From Phycisphaerae bacterium (GTDB lineage: Bacteria; Planctomycetota; Phycisphaerae; UBA1845), in contig CAXXGO010000006.1 in the NCBI GenBank assembly GCA_963666835.2, positions 1,344,001 through 1,408,000 of the forward strand: 64,000 nt of DNA, given 5' to 3'. Below the pieces are notes generated by a model. It was not told the DNA's origin. It worked only from the letters and a program-made list of their open reading frames with translations, and did no database searches. The translations under genes and the position numbers were made by a program. Below, piece after piece: positions 38,205 through 47,832 of this stretch (its first letter is position 1; each line of letters opens with the position of its first letter).

Positions 38205-40229
38205 ATGAAGATGATCTACGACAAGTGCGGTATTGTCATGTTGGGACTGATGGTCGTCACGATTGAGGGTGCTTTCGCTGCCTCGGCCGAGGAGGTTCCA
38301 TGCGCTTCGTGCCCGGCGATTTCGACGGCGAGTGACACTATCGACAGGGACATCTCTCTGAACGAGTGCGTTAGCAATGAGAGGCCGCGCGATGGCCTTA
38401 TCGCCGATTCTGGTTCCGGCAATCGAAGCGATGAGGTGCTTAGTCTATGGCGATATGTCGATGACGATGCCGCGCCAGGGGGCGACGGACTCACCTGGGG
38501 AACTGCCTTTACGCACTTGCAGGACGCCCTTGCCGCCACGGGTGGGTCGATTAGGGTGGCCGAAGGAGTTTACCGACCCGACCGTGATGAAGCCGGCAAC
38601 GTGACCCCCGGCGATCGGATGGCCACGTTCCTGCTGGCTGATGACGTTGTCGTGGAGGGCGGCTACCGCGGCTGCCCCGGCGGCGATTGCGCCGGCGGCG
38701 ATCCCGACGAAAGAAACACTGCTTTGTACGCGACGATTCTCAGCGGGGATTTGGCCGGGGGTGACGCGGACGTGTTTTCGCCTGGTGATCTGTTGGATGA
38801 GCCGACGCGGGCGGAAAACTGCTATCATGTTGTCACTACCGCCGGCAAGAGCGTGCTTGACGGCGTTACGATCGTCGGCGGCAACGCCAACGAGCCGCAC
38901 CACGATGAGGGGGGCGGGATCTTCAACGGCTCTTGCGGTGCCCCTACGATCCTCGGCTGTACAATCACGCGGAACTCGGCCGCGTCCTCCGGCGGGGGGA
39001 TGCACAATTACCACGGGAACGCCACCTTGGAGGATTGCGTCTTCTCCGACAACTCGTCCGGCAACACCGGCGGCGGGATGCGCAATTGCGGCTATGCCCA
39101 CCCGACGCTCACGGACTGCCGGTTCCTCGGTAATATGGCTGTTGAAGGCGGAGGGATGAGCAACGATGACTGCGCGAGCCCGACCATAGAGGATTGTGTC
39201 TTCTCGGATAATTCGGCGACGCGCACCGGTGGTGCAATGGACAGCCGCGGCCTCAGTCAGCCTACGCTTTCGGGCTGTACGATTCTGCGGAACGGAGCCG
39301 GCACAACCGGGGGCGGGCTGTATAACTGGGATAGCGACCCGATCTTGACGAACTGCGTTTTCTCAGGGAATTCAGCGGGGCACGGTGGGGGGATGGACAA
39401 CTTCAGCAGTCACCCGCGGGTGAGCTTCTGCACGTTTTCGGGGAACATCGCCCGCCAATGGGGCGGCGCTCTGTGCCTGCGCAATGGCAGCGTCGCAACC
39501 CTACGCAGCTCCATTCTCTGGGGAGATCTACCCGATGAGATCTCCATGGGCTCCTTGGCCGGCACGAGCGCCAAGTGTATCAACGTCCAGGGCGGCTGGC
39601 CGGGGGAGGGTAACATCGGCGAATTGCCCCGGCATGATCCGCTTTTTGTTGCAGCCGGCTATTGGGATGACAACGGCACTCCGGGGGACGAGACTGATGA
39701 TTCCTGGGTGGAAGGAGATTATCATTTGCGGCCCGGCTCGCCGTGCATCGACTCCGGGACTCTTGCGGGGGTACCGGCCACGACGACAGCCGACTTCGAG
39801 GGCAACGATCGCGTTCAGCACTGCCGACCCGACATGGGAGCCGATGAAACCGCCTATTTCCGGGACTGCAACGATAATGGCGTGGGTGACGCTTGCGATC
39901 TTGAGGACGAAACCAGCTTCGACTGCAATGGCAACGGCGTTCCCGATGAGTGCGACCTCGAAGACGCGACGAGTCTCGACTGCAATGATAATGGCACTCC
40001 CGACGAGTGCGAGACGATTGACGGCGGCGACTTCGACGTCGACTACGACGTGGCTTTGACCGACTACAAAGCTTTCGCCGGATGCCTGGGCGGTCCGAGC
40101 GAGACGCCCACCGCGGACGCGGCCGAGTGCATAGGCGCCTGCCGGGCGGCGTTCGACTTTGACGTCGATCGCGATGTGGACTTAGCCGACCTCGCGGAGT
40201 TTATGATCGTGGTAACCGACGTACGGTAA
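38205..40229 (+). CDS. Secreted right-handed parallel beta-helix protein with DCN repeats and dockerin-like C-terminus
   Basis: YVDDDA..GGDGLTW..AF..LQDAL; GGGMxN / CxFSxN repeats; DYHLRPGSPCIDSG, DMGADE; DFDVDRDVDLADL. Confidence 0.88.
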   Translation: MKMIYDKCGIVMLGLMVVTIEGAFAASAEEVPCASCPAISTASDTIDRDISLNECVSNERPRDGLIADSGSGNRSDEVLSLWRYVDDDAAPGGDGLTWGTAFTHLQDALAATGGSIRVAEGVYRPDRDEAGNVTPGDRMATFLLADDVVVEGGYRGCPGGDCAGGDPDERNTALYATILSGDLAGGDADVFSPGDLLDEPTRAENCYHVVTTAGKSVLDGVTIVGGNANEPHHDEGGGIFNGSCGAPTILGCTITRNSAASSGGGMHNYHGNATLEDCVFSDNSSGNTGGGMRNCGYAHPTLTDCRFLGNMAVEGGGMSNDDCASPTIEDCVFSDNSATRTGGAMDSRGLSQPTLSGCTILRNGAGTTGGGLYNWDSDPILTNCVFSGNSAGHGGGMDNFSSHPRVSFCTFSGNIARQWGGALCLRNGSVATLRSSILWGDLPDEISMGSLAGTSAKCINVQGGWPGEGNIGELPRHDPLFVAAGYWDDNGTPGDETDDSWVEGDYHLRPGSPCIDSGTLAGVPATTTADFEGNDRVQHCRPDMGADETAYFRDCNDNGVGDACDLEDETSFDCNGNGVPDECDLEDATSLDCNDNGTPDECETIDGGDFDVDYDVALTDYKAFAGCLGGPSETPTADAAECIGACRAAFDFDVDRDVDLADLAEFMIVVTDVR

Positions 40230-40792
40230 CGTGCCGCCGGTTTCGCGCGGCCGAGGTGCCTCGCGGTGTTCCGTTTCCCGAAAAGGTGATTGCGTCTCTT
40301 TCTCCCCTCCTTGCCAAGGAGGGGCTGGGGGGCTCTGCGTCTTGACGCCCCCTCCATCGAGGTTGGAGGGCGGCGTTTGCCAATGACGTCTGGCCAGCGG
40401 CACCAAGTGCCGGTGATGGGGTGCTACATAAGACCCCACAGATCGGTTGATCGGAGCCGGTAGAGTACGTTATCACGGAGCCGGCGGGTTTGGATTAGGC
40501 GGATTGCGGTGGTGTGGTGGGGTAGTCGAGCGTTGCGGATTGTTCGCAGGCTGAATCGGACGGGAGACGTTTCCAGGGGGATCCTACCAACGAGCACGCC
40601 CAGTCCCAGGGGGCGAGCAGGGTAAGGCGCGAAACGGTCTGGGATTACGGGCAAGGGGGGGCGGTAGAAGCAAACGACCCGTAGTTCTGGGACTTACCCT
40701 TGACGCGACGACGATACGATTGATACCATGACTTCATCCCGCAGTCCGCCGGCGGGCAGCTCACGATACGCAGAGGAGAAACGCGGCCGTAT

Positions 40793-40820
40793 TTGACTTG
40801 ATCCGAGGTTTAGATATAAG
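40793..40820 (+). promoter_or_regulatory. Sigma70-type promoter of the TAC operon (near-leaderless transcript)
   Basis: TTGACT, 16 nt, TATAAG; ATG follows at 40830. Confidence 0.6.
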
Positions 40821-40829
40821 TAAACTCCA

Positions 40830-41228
40830 ATGAGCAAGGGTGCCGATTCCATAGTACTCGTCGGGAACATGCGGACGATCGAGTACGCGATCTGAGCCGA
40901 CGGGTCGATGCCCGCCAAGGAGTTCATCGAGAGGCTGGACGAAAGCGAGCAGCGGCGGCTGGACACCTTGTTTCGCCGAATGGCGGACACAGGGAAGATA
41001 TTCAACCGAGAGCAGTTCAAGCAGGTGGAAGGTAAGATATACGGGTTCAAGCGGTATCAGACGCGCGTCGCGTGTTTCCGGATCGAGAACCGATGGGTTC
41101 TGACCCACGGTTTCACCAAGAAGGGCGATGGTTGGCGAAAGAGCGAAATAGAACGCGCGGAGCGAATTATGAAGGAGCATCTGGCACGGGAGGCCGCCGA
41201 GAAGGAGAAAGCGGGGAGGGCACGATAA
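40830..41228 (+). pseudogene. RelE/HigB (Gp49-like) toxin with in-frame TGA at codon 22
   Basis: MSKGADSIVLVGNMRTIEYAI*ADGSMPAKEF...FKQVEGKIYGFK...VLTHGFTKK...EIERAERI; TGA at 40893-40895. Confidence 0.8.
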
Positions 41229-41632
41229 TGAGGGCGGAAACGCTGACGGAGAAGCTGACGAAGACCGCTGAGGGGATGCGGTTGTATCAGCAGGAACGCG
41301 CGATCTTGGAGGTCACGGAGCACATTTGTGAGTTGATGGAAGAGTCGAACGTGAGCCGGTCCGAGCTTGCGAAACGCCTGGGGCGTTCGAAGGGATACAT
41401 CACTCAGCTTCTTGACGGCCGAGCTAACATGACCATACGGACGATTTCTGATGTTTACACGGCGCTTAATCGCGTTCTGCATTTTCAGGATGGCGACATT
41501 GAGGCTACTGTCAGCGCCAAGCCGTTGATGACTCTGCGCGAGAAGGCGGCATGGCCGATGCAAAAGGCGTGGCCAGTAAACATGCAGATCACGAGCGATC
41601 CTACAACCCGCCACCGGGGCATTGCGGTCTAA
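41228..41632 (+). CDS. Xre/HigA-type HTH antitoxin with C-terminal extension
   Basis: TAATG coupling; SRSELAKRLGRSKGYITQLLDG.ANMTIRTI; ~45-aa tail. Confidence 0.88.
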   Translation: MRAETLTEKLTKTAEGMRLYQQERAILEVTEHICELMEESNVSRSELAKRLGRSKGYITQLLDGRANMTIRTISDVYTALNRVLHFQDGDIEATVSAKPLMTLREKAAWPMQKAWPVNMQITSDPTTRHRGIAV

Positions 41633-42156
41633 TGGCAACGAAGAAGAAAGCGAAGAAGCCTACACCTTCCCTCATGGATTTGGCGGCACCCGTCTCCGAA
41701 CGGATCGAGATCCTGGAGATCCTCCTCGTGGACTCCAAGGCGAAGAGGACGGCCGCCAGGGACCACCTGCCAGCTAAGATCACGTTGAATGTTGATACGC
41801 AGACGTCGGTAGAGAAGAAGGCGAAGATTATTACCGTCAGTGCGCGTTTCGCCATGAGCGCCGAGTACGAAGGGGCTGAGGATGAACTACTCCGCATCGA
41901 GGCGAGGTTCGATCTTCGTTACCGCGTGCCTTCGTTCGAGGGTTTACTGAAAGCGAACTACGATGCTTTTGGGGAAGTGAATGGCGTCTACAACGCGTGG
42001 CCATATTGGCGCGAGTACGTGCAGTCAACCACGGTCCGCATGGGCTTGCCGGCCCCGCCCGTTCCGGTTCTTCGCCCACAACAGATCGCAGCACTAGTCA
42101 AGGAAGCGGCCGTGCGGGAGAAGCAGCCCGCAGGGGGCAGGAAGAAGTCAGGTTGA
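41632..42156 (+). CDS. SecB-like chaperone (TAC type)
   Basis: TAATG coupling; IEARFDLRY...AFGEVNGVYNAWPYWREYVQSTTVRMGLP matches the SecB-fold C-terminal helix motif. Confidence 0.8.
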   Translation: MATKKKAKKPTPSLMDLAAPVSERIEILEILLVDSKAKRTAARDHLPAKITLNVDTQTSVEKKAKIITVSARFAMSAEYEGAEDELLRIEARFDLRYRVPSFEGLLKANYDAFGEVNGVYNAWPYWREYVQSTTVRMGLPAPPVPVLRPQQIAALVKEAAVREKQPAGGRKKSG

Positions 42157-42325
42157 CATGCGTTGCTGACATTCCCCGGACCCCTCTTACACAGCTAATC
42201 GAGTGCTGTACAATCGGCACCTGCGATGACCGCTGAGAAGTCCACCGACTATTGGTGCTGCAACCACGGCACCCTTGCTGAGGCAACCGCTCGCCATGAC
42301 GGCGAGCGCAGCATCTACCCCGGCA

Positions 42326-43507
42326 CTACGAAGCGCCGACGACAGGCTGCTGTATAACGTCCAACGGATCAGTTAATCGAAGCCGGTGGAGCACGTCGTC
42401 GCCGAGCCGGCGGGTTTGTGTTAGGTGGATTGCGGGGGAGTCGTTTATCTGGGCAGCGCCTGTTCCGCCGTAGGCCGTCGGAGCGTCGCGTCCACCGATT
42501 AGTTTTGGGGCGGTGAATATGTAGGCTTCGTCTACCAACCGGGCCTCGATGAATGCGGTGAGCAAGGTCGGGCCGCCTTCGAGCAGCAGGTTGGTAACGC
42601 CCATAGCGGCCAGCTTTGCCAAGCCGGCGGACAAGTCCAAATGCCCTCGCCTTCGCCGGCACGCCACAACCTCTGCACCCCGGTTGCGCAGGCGTTGTGC
42701 CTTGGGTGACGCAGCGCTGTCTGCTCCGGTTATAACCAGGGTGGGAATCTCGTTAGCAGTGTCGATAAGTTGACACTGATTCGGGGTTCGCAAACGCCCA
42801 TCGAGCACTGCGCGCCGAGCCGTACGAAGTACCCGTACTCCGCGGGCCGTTAGCAGAGGGTCATCACGCTTGACCGTGCCTGAGCCGACGAGCACGGCAT
42901 CGACGCGAGCCCGCAGCTTATGCACCAGCCGCCGCGATTCCTCTCCTGAGATCCACTGGGAATGACCGGTGCGCGTGGCCAGTTTGCCGTCGAGGCTCTG
43001 TGCCCATTTGGCGATGACGTAAGGGCGGTTGCGAAGAATCCGGGTCAGGAACGGGGCGATCAACTCGGCCGCCGCCGCCTGTTCGACCCCCGAATCCACG
43101 GTAATTCCCGCCCGGCGGAGTCTCCGGATTCCCCGGCCGTCGACCTCGGGACTGGGATCGCGCAGTCCCACCACCACCCGGGCGACCTTCGCCGCAATAA
43201 GCGCGTCCGCGCACGGCGGGGTCTTGCCGTAATGGCTACATGGCTCGAGCGAGACGTATACGGTTGCTCCTTCAGGGGGTGAACTGCAGGACCGCAGGGC
43301 TTCGACCTCGGCGTGCGGACCGCCGAAGCGCCGATGATACCCTTCCCCGATGATCTTCTCACCACGTGTGATTACGCAGCCGACCATCGGATTCGGTTCG
43401 ACCCGACCGATTCCTTTGCGGGCCAAGCTGATCGCGCGGCGCATCATCTTCCGGTCGATGTCGCTTGAATTCTCAGCGACTGGTCGGCCTTTGCTACGCG
43501 AATTCAC
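42326..43507 (-). CDS. ribD: Riboflavin biosynthesis deaminase/reductase
   Basis: PNPMVG, HAE, LEPCSHYGKTPPC, SLDGK, EGGPTL. Confidence 0.97.
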   Translation of the reverse strand: MNSRSKGRPVAENSSDIDRKMMRRAISLARKGIGRVEPNPMVGCVITRGEKIIGEGYHRRFGGPHAEVEALRSCSSPPEGATVYVSLEPCSHYGKTPPCADALIAAKVARVVVGLRDPSPEVDGRGIRRLRRAGITVDSGVEQAAAAELIAPFLTRILRNRPYVIAKWAQSLDGKLATRTGHSQWISGEESRRLVHKLRARVDAVLVGSGTVKRDDPLLTARGVRVLRTARRAVLDGRLRTPNQCQLIDTANEIPTLVITGADSAASPKAQRLRNRGAEVVACRRRRGHLDLSAGLAKLAAMGVTNLLLEGGPTLLTAFIEARLVDEAYIFTAPKLIGGRDAPTAYGGTGAAQINDSPAIHLTQTRRLGDDVLHRLRLTDPLDVIQQPVVGAS

Positions 43508-43536
43508 GGTGGCAATCCCCCCGTGGTGTGGGCTGT

Positions 43537-44274
43537 CTATTCGTCCTGTTCGCTACGGCGCCCCGACCAGGACGTGCAAAGCAGAGCCCCGACTCCGCAA
43601 ACCAGCGCCGCGTCCGCAATGTTGAATACCCAAGGCCAGATGTCCCGCCCGGCCAAGCGCGGTACCCAGGCAGGGAACTTCGGGACAAACTTGATGAAAT
43701 CGCGGACGATACCCTGTTGGTGAACCTCGATGTCATCGCGCGCGAAGCGGCGCGGATGTTCCCCGTCGGGCCAGCTACCTATGTACACGTATTTGTCGTT
43801 CGTGGCACGGTCGACGATCTTGCCCGGAAGCCGCCCGGTCTCTCCCGTCGGCCCCCCTTTGAGGATCACGATGTCAGCTTTCATTGTCGCGCGATCGTAG
43901 AGGTTTCCCAGCGCTCCCGCCAGGATCAGGCCAAGGGCAAGATGCATGAACCACTGATTGCGGCGGCTGCACGCGAAAAGATAGAACACAAAAGCGAAGG
44001 CGAACAGAGAGGCCACGATGAAGAGCCCGACCTGTCCGGTGAAGAACCCGAAGACGGCTCCGTCGTTAATGGAACGGCGCAGCTCGAAAAGATGTCCGAG
44101 TATCGGGCGTGATTCCTGAGAGTCCTGCGTTGCGAAGACGTGCTGTTTCGACCACAAATCCAGCGCCAGCACGGCAATCGCCATGAGCCAGAATCGAACA
44201 TGCGAGACGACGTGGGTGATTGCCGCTTGCGGCGGCAGCCAGCTCGAACTCGTCTTGTTAGGGCAACGCGTCAT
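43537..44274 (-). CDS. lspA: Lipoprotein signal peptidase II with internal insertion
   Basis: DLWSK, NDGAVFG, GALGNLYDR, VRDFI, VFNIAD. Confidence 0.92.
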   Translation of the reverse strand: MTRCPNKTSSSWLPPQAAITHVVSHVRFWLMAIAVLALDLWSKQHVFATQDSQESRPILGHLFELRRSINDGAVFGFFTGQVGLFIVASLFAFAFVFYLFACSRRNQWFMHLALGLILAGALGNLYDRATMKADIVILKGGPTGETGRLPGKIVDRATNDKYVYIGSWPDGEHPRRFARDDIEVHQQGIVRDFIKFVPKFPAWVPRLAGRDIWPWVFNIADAALVCGVGALLCTSWSGRRSEQDE

Positions 44275-44288
44275 TGTCCGTGGCCGGC

Positions 44289-45110
44289 TCAGCGCACTCG
44301 ACCTTCCTCCAAAGCCCGAGCATGCTCGATGCAGAACTTTGCCCAGGGTTTGGCTCGCAAGCGAGCTTTGCTGATCCGTTTGTGCGTCGCCAGGCAGACC
44401 CCATAGGTCTCGTTCGCGATCCGGTCGAGGGCCTCGTCGATCTCCCGAATGCGAACCTGTTCATTCTCAATAAGGCCCAGAGTGAACTCATGTTCCCAAT
44501 TGTCCGAGCCAAGATCGGCCATGTGGATCGGCATCGAGGAGTGAGTGCCCCCACCCGAGTTACGATTGTCCAGCGTCTCCCGGCTGAGGTTCCACACATC
44601 CCCCGATAGCTCCGCGCGCTTGGCCAGCAGCAGCTCCTTGAACTCCTGCAATTCTGCCGGCGACAAACGTGTTTTCGGCACCGCTGCCACGGGCTTCTCC
44701 TCTTCAGGTGCCGGGGGCGTTTTCTTACTCGCTACGAGCGGTTTCCCTTCTGATGTCGGCTTCTTCGCGGTCTTTTTGGTGACCCCGGCGGTCTTGGCTG
44801 CGGAAGCGCGTCCCGGGGTGATTGACTTGGCGACTGTTGCCGTCCTGCTCTTGGTTACCTTCTTGGCGCCGACGCCCTTTCTCACGGCCTTCTTAGCAGA
44901 GGCCTTCTTCACCACCTTCTTAACAGCCTCTTTTGTTGTTCTCTTTGCGCTCTTTTTTCCAACAGGCGCCTTCTTTGCGGTCTTCTTTGCCCGGCTGGAA
45001 GAACTCGCGGCTTTTCCGGTATTGGCCCCCTTTGGGGAGGGCTTACCAGCAGCTTTGGGCGTAGCGCTGCTTTTATTCGTTTTTCGCTTGCTTTGTGCCA
45101 CCGAATCCAC
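44289..45110 (-). CDS. TraR/DksA-family regulator with long Lys/Ala-rich N-terminus
   Basis: HMADLGSD, IDEALDRI...YGVC, ARLRAKPWAKFC. Confidence 0.9.
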   Translation of the reverse strand: MDSVAQSKRKTNKSSATPKAAGKPSPKGANTGKAASSSSRAKKTAKKAPVGKKSAKRTTKEAVKKVVKKASAKKAVRKGVGAKKVTKSRTATVAKSITPGRASAAKTAGVTKKTAKKPTSEGKPLVASKKTPPAPEEEKPVAAVPKTRLSPAELQEFKELLLAKRAELSGDVWNLSRETLDNRNSGGGTHSSMPIHMADLGSDNWEHEFTLGLIENEQVRIREIDEALDRIANETYGVCLATHKRISKARLRAKPWAKFCIEHARALEEGRVR

Positions 45111-45207
45111 CGAATATCAGGGAGAGTCGCGGCCCCCCCTGGCCCCTTGATAAATAAAGAGGAACACGAATCGAAGCGGTGAAGTATAGGAACGCCGAAT
45201 CTCGCTG

Positions 45208-46983
45208 TCAAGCGCCATCGAAGTTGGCCGGGCGTCGAACAAGCACCTCAACGACCGTTTCATCCCGGATCGTATCGGGGAGTTGGAAGAGCAAGTTGCC
45301 TGCTTTCTCGGTAATGTCGTCGAAGATCAGGTGGTTTACGTAGACCCACGCTTCGCCCCCTCCGACGCCGGTGATTTCAAAAGCCGGAGAGAACAGCGGG
45401 TGTTCCCGACCGTCCAGGACTGCCCGGATTCGGCCTTGGTCGGGCCGGAGCCGGTAGCAGCCGAGGCGGTGGTCGAAACCGGACGCATCGACGGACTCTT
45501 GCTCATCTCCGTCAACGGATCCGAGGGCGAGGGTAAGGCGGCCGGGGTTGGCAAAGTCGAACGCTCGGTCTTCGGCCTCTTCCGAGGGTAGCTTCGCGGT
45601 CTGCCCGAGCAAGATCCCGCAACGCCATTCCTTGATGGTCGAATCGGGTGGGTCGGTGACGGCCACGAACGACATTCGCTGCAGGTCACGATCGAATTGC
45701 TCGATCACCCGTGCGGATGGGGATTCATCGGCGAGGGCGAAGAGGAGGGAGGTGTCGGTCGAGCGGTTTCGGGCCAGGGCGTACGCGGGACAGCCGGGCA
45801 GCGCCGTGGAGTCTGTGGGTGAAACCGTGTAGGTCTCGAGATGCTCATTATCTCCCGCGACCAGAGTGACGGCCAGCCCCAGTTGGTCGGGTATCCACGT
45901 GGGTGTTGCTGCGGTGCAGCTCACCGTAGCGTAGACCTGGCCGGTGCGATAGACGGTATAGACCCAGCGTTGGAAGGGGCGGTCTTCCGCCGGGGCCATA
46001 GGGTCGTCGACGAAACGCCATTCGCACGAGACGACGATACGTACTTCGTTCATCTCGAGGATTCTGGGACGGGTAAGGACCGCCTCGCCGAGCGAGCCGA
46101 AGTCGGCGACCGGTTCGTCGGACGACACCACTACGACCGGGCTGGGGCCCAAGGTTGTGCCTAGAACGAGGTTCCGCAGACGGTAGGGGTCCGCCGCGAG
46201 ATTAAACCACTGGACGATCTGTCCGTTGGCGAAGGTCAACTCGAACCGCCCTCCGGCGCCGATATTCCATCGTTTTCCCGCCCGCTGGACATACAGGCGG
46301 CCGTCGCGCGCGCGGGAGTCGCCCAGCAGGTCCTGACGGTTACCGGTTAAGATGACGTCGTCCAGAAGAACTTCGGCCGGATTCTGCAGCCCGGAGACCG
46401 AAAGCCGAAGTTCGTGGATGTCGTCAATCGCCAGGTGCTCGCCGATCTCTCCGACATCCAGCCGGACGACATTCCAACCCTCTTCGAGAGCAAGTGAGGT
46501 CTCGACGGCCGCGCGGTCGGTTGATGCTCCCGCCCCGACTACGACGTCGAGACTCAATCCGGATCGAGGTGAATGAACCGCCATCAGCAAGAGATCGTAA
46601 GGCCGCCAATCGCGTTTGAGTGACCAGCGCACGGCATTATTGTTGTTGATGATGACCACGTCGTCCGCGGAGCCGGTCGTGAGTTGCAGGCACCGACGTC
46701 CGGTTTCCCGGCGGCCTTTCTTGTCGTTCAAGACGCATTTTCCCTTGGCGGAGGCTCCGGAGAACTGCACTAACTCCATGTGGGCGTCGTCTTCGAAATC
46801 CGCGATGACCGCGAAGCGACCGGAACTCAGCTCCGGATACTCGCCGACGAGAATGTCCGAACGCGTTGCGGGGGAGGCCGACGTGTTTCCGGGGAGCCGG
46901 CACGCCGTACTGGAACATGCCAATAGCATTCCGAGGAAACCGAAGTTGGTGATTCTGCTAGTGGGGATAATCTTAGTAGTCAT
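45208..46983 (-). CDS. Hypothetical exported protein/lipoprotein with carbohydrate-binding-like N-terminal domain
   Basis: Hydrophobic stretch plus Cys (LLACSSTAC); IADFE, DWRPYD.L, GWN, LDDV.L pattern. Start uncertain. Confidence 0.7.
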   Translation of the reverse strand: MTTKIIPTSRITNFGFLGMLLACSSTACRLPGNTSASPATRSDILVGEYPELSSGRFAVIADFEDDAHMELVQFSGASAKGKCVLNDKKGRRETGRRCLQLTTGSADDVVIINNNNAVRWSLKRDWRPYDLLLMAVHSPRSGLSLDVVVGAGASTDRAAVETSLALEEGWNVVRLDVGEIGEHLAIDDIHELRLSVSGLQNPAEVLLDDVILTGNRQDLLGDSRARDGRLYVQRAGKRWNIGAGGRFELTFANGQIVQWFNLAADPYRLRNLVLGTTLGPSPVVVVSSDEPVADFGSLGEAVLTRPRILEMNEVRIVVSCEWRFVDDPMAPAEDRPFQRWVYTVYRTGQVYATVSCTAATPTWIPDQLGLAVTLVAGDNEHLETYTVSPTDSTALPGCPAYALARNRSTDTSLLFALADESPSARVIEQFDRDLQRMSFVAVTDPPDSTIKEWRCGILLGQTAKLPSEEAEDRAFDFANPGRLTLALGSVDGDEQESVDASGFDHRLGCYRLRPDQGRIRAVLDGREHPLFSPAFEITGVGGGEAWVYVNHLIFDDITEKAGNLLFQLPDTIRDETVVEVLVRRPANFDGA

Positions 46984-47287
46984 AGTGCCCGGCAAGGCTA
47001 GCGGGTAGCACGCGTTCATGCAATGAGTCCGGTCGGTAGGTCGGGGGCCACGCTTTGCTCGCCACGGGCGTTGTTCTCGGAATCGCCGGTGCGGCGCAAT
47101 GTCGCCAAAGCCGCCGCCCGAGTAACCTCTTATCGGCTCTGATGTTCCGCTCTCTCGCGGGCTTATCCACGATGGCGATCTGACCGACAACGGCAGTACC
47201 GCGACAGCCCTGGGTGAGGTTCGTACGAGCCCCGGGCGGGTTGCGTTCCGGCCGGAGTCGCCCGGTTGACTCGCTGGAGGATTCTAG

Positions 47288-47734
47288 ATGGCAAATGCCG
47301 ACATGGTGGTGATCGGTCCGGGTGAGCTCGGTCTCGTTACCGAGCTATACAATGAAGTCTTCAGCCCGACCGTCGACCAGGAGCACTTCCGCCGCCGATT
47401 CCAGGGGCGGCACAATGTCAGCATGATAGTGGCCATGCTCGACGGGGCTCACGTCGGAATCATCGTCGGCTTCGAGCTTATCCCCACAACGTACTTCGTG
47501 TGGCTGTGCGGGGTACTGCCGGATTTTCGTCGGCTCGGCATTGCCACCCAGCTTCTCGATGCTCAGCAGGCTTGGGCGCAGGAACACCATTACCAGATTA
47601 TCCGCTTCGAGTGCCAGAATCAGCATCGACCGATGCTGCACCTTGCCATTTCGGAGGGATATGATCTTGTGGGGATCAGGTGGGACTCGGCCGTCATGGG
47701 CAACATGGTAGTGTTCGAGAAGGAACTGCACTGA
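47288..47734 (+). CDS. GNAT-family N-acetyltransferase
   Basis: GVLPDFRRLGIATQLL acetyl-CoA motif; GGAGG RBS. Confidence 0.9.
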   Translation: MANADMVVIGPGELGLVTELYNEVFSPTVDQEHFRRRFQGRHNVSMIVAMLDGAHVGIIVGFELIPTTYFVWLCGVLPDFRRLGIATQLLDAQQAWAQEHHYQIIRFECQNQHRPMLHLAISEGYDLVGIRWDSAVMGNMVVFEKELH

Positions 47735-47832
47735 CCCGCCCGGTCGGCGACACTTGATTGCATGTCCGCCGCTGTTCCGATTGCCATTGCCCGCAAGCGG
47801 GGGGTGGCGGGCAGCCGATATCCACTAGTGAT

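Noticed and set aside
40290..40420. Hairpins downstream of the beta-helix gene as an ncRNA
   Set aside because: They look like isolated REP-type palindromes (CCCCTCCTTGCCAAGGAGGGG); no RNA family recognised.
40893..40895. Toxin TGA as selenocysteine
   Set aside because: Not a Cys or redox position in RelE-like toxins, and no convincing SECIS at the expected spacing.
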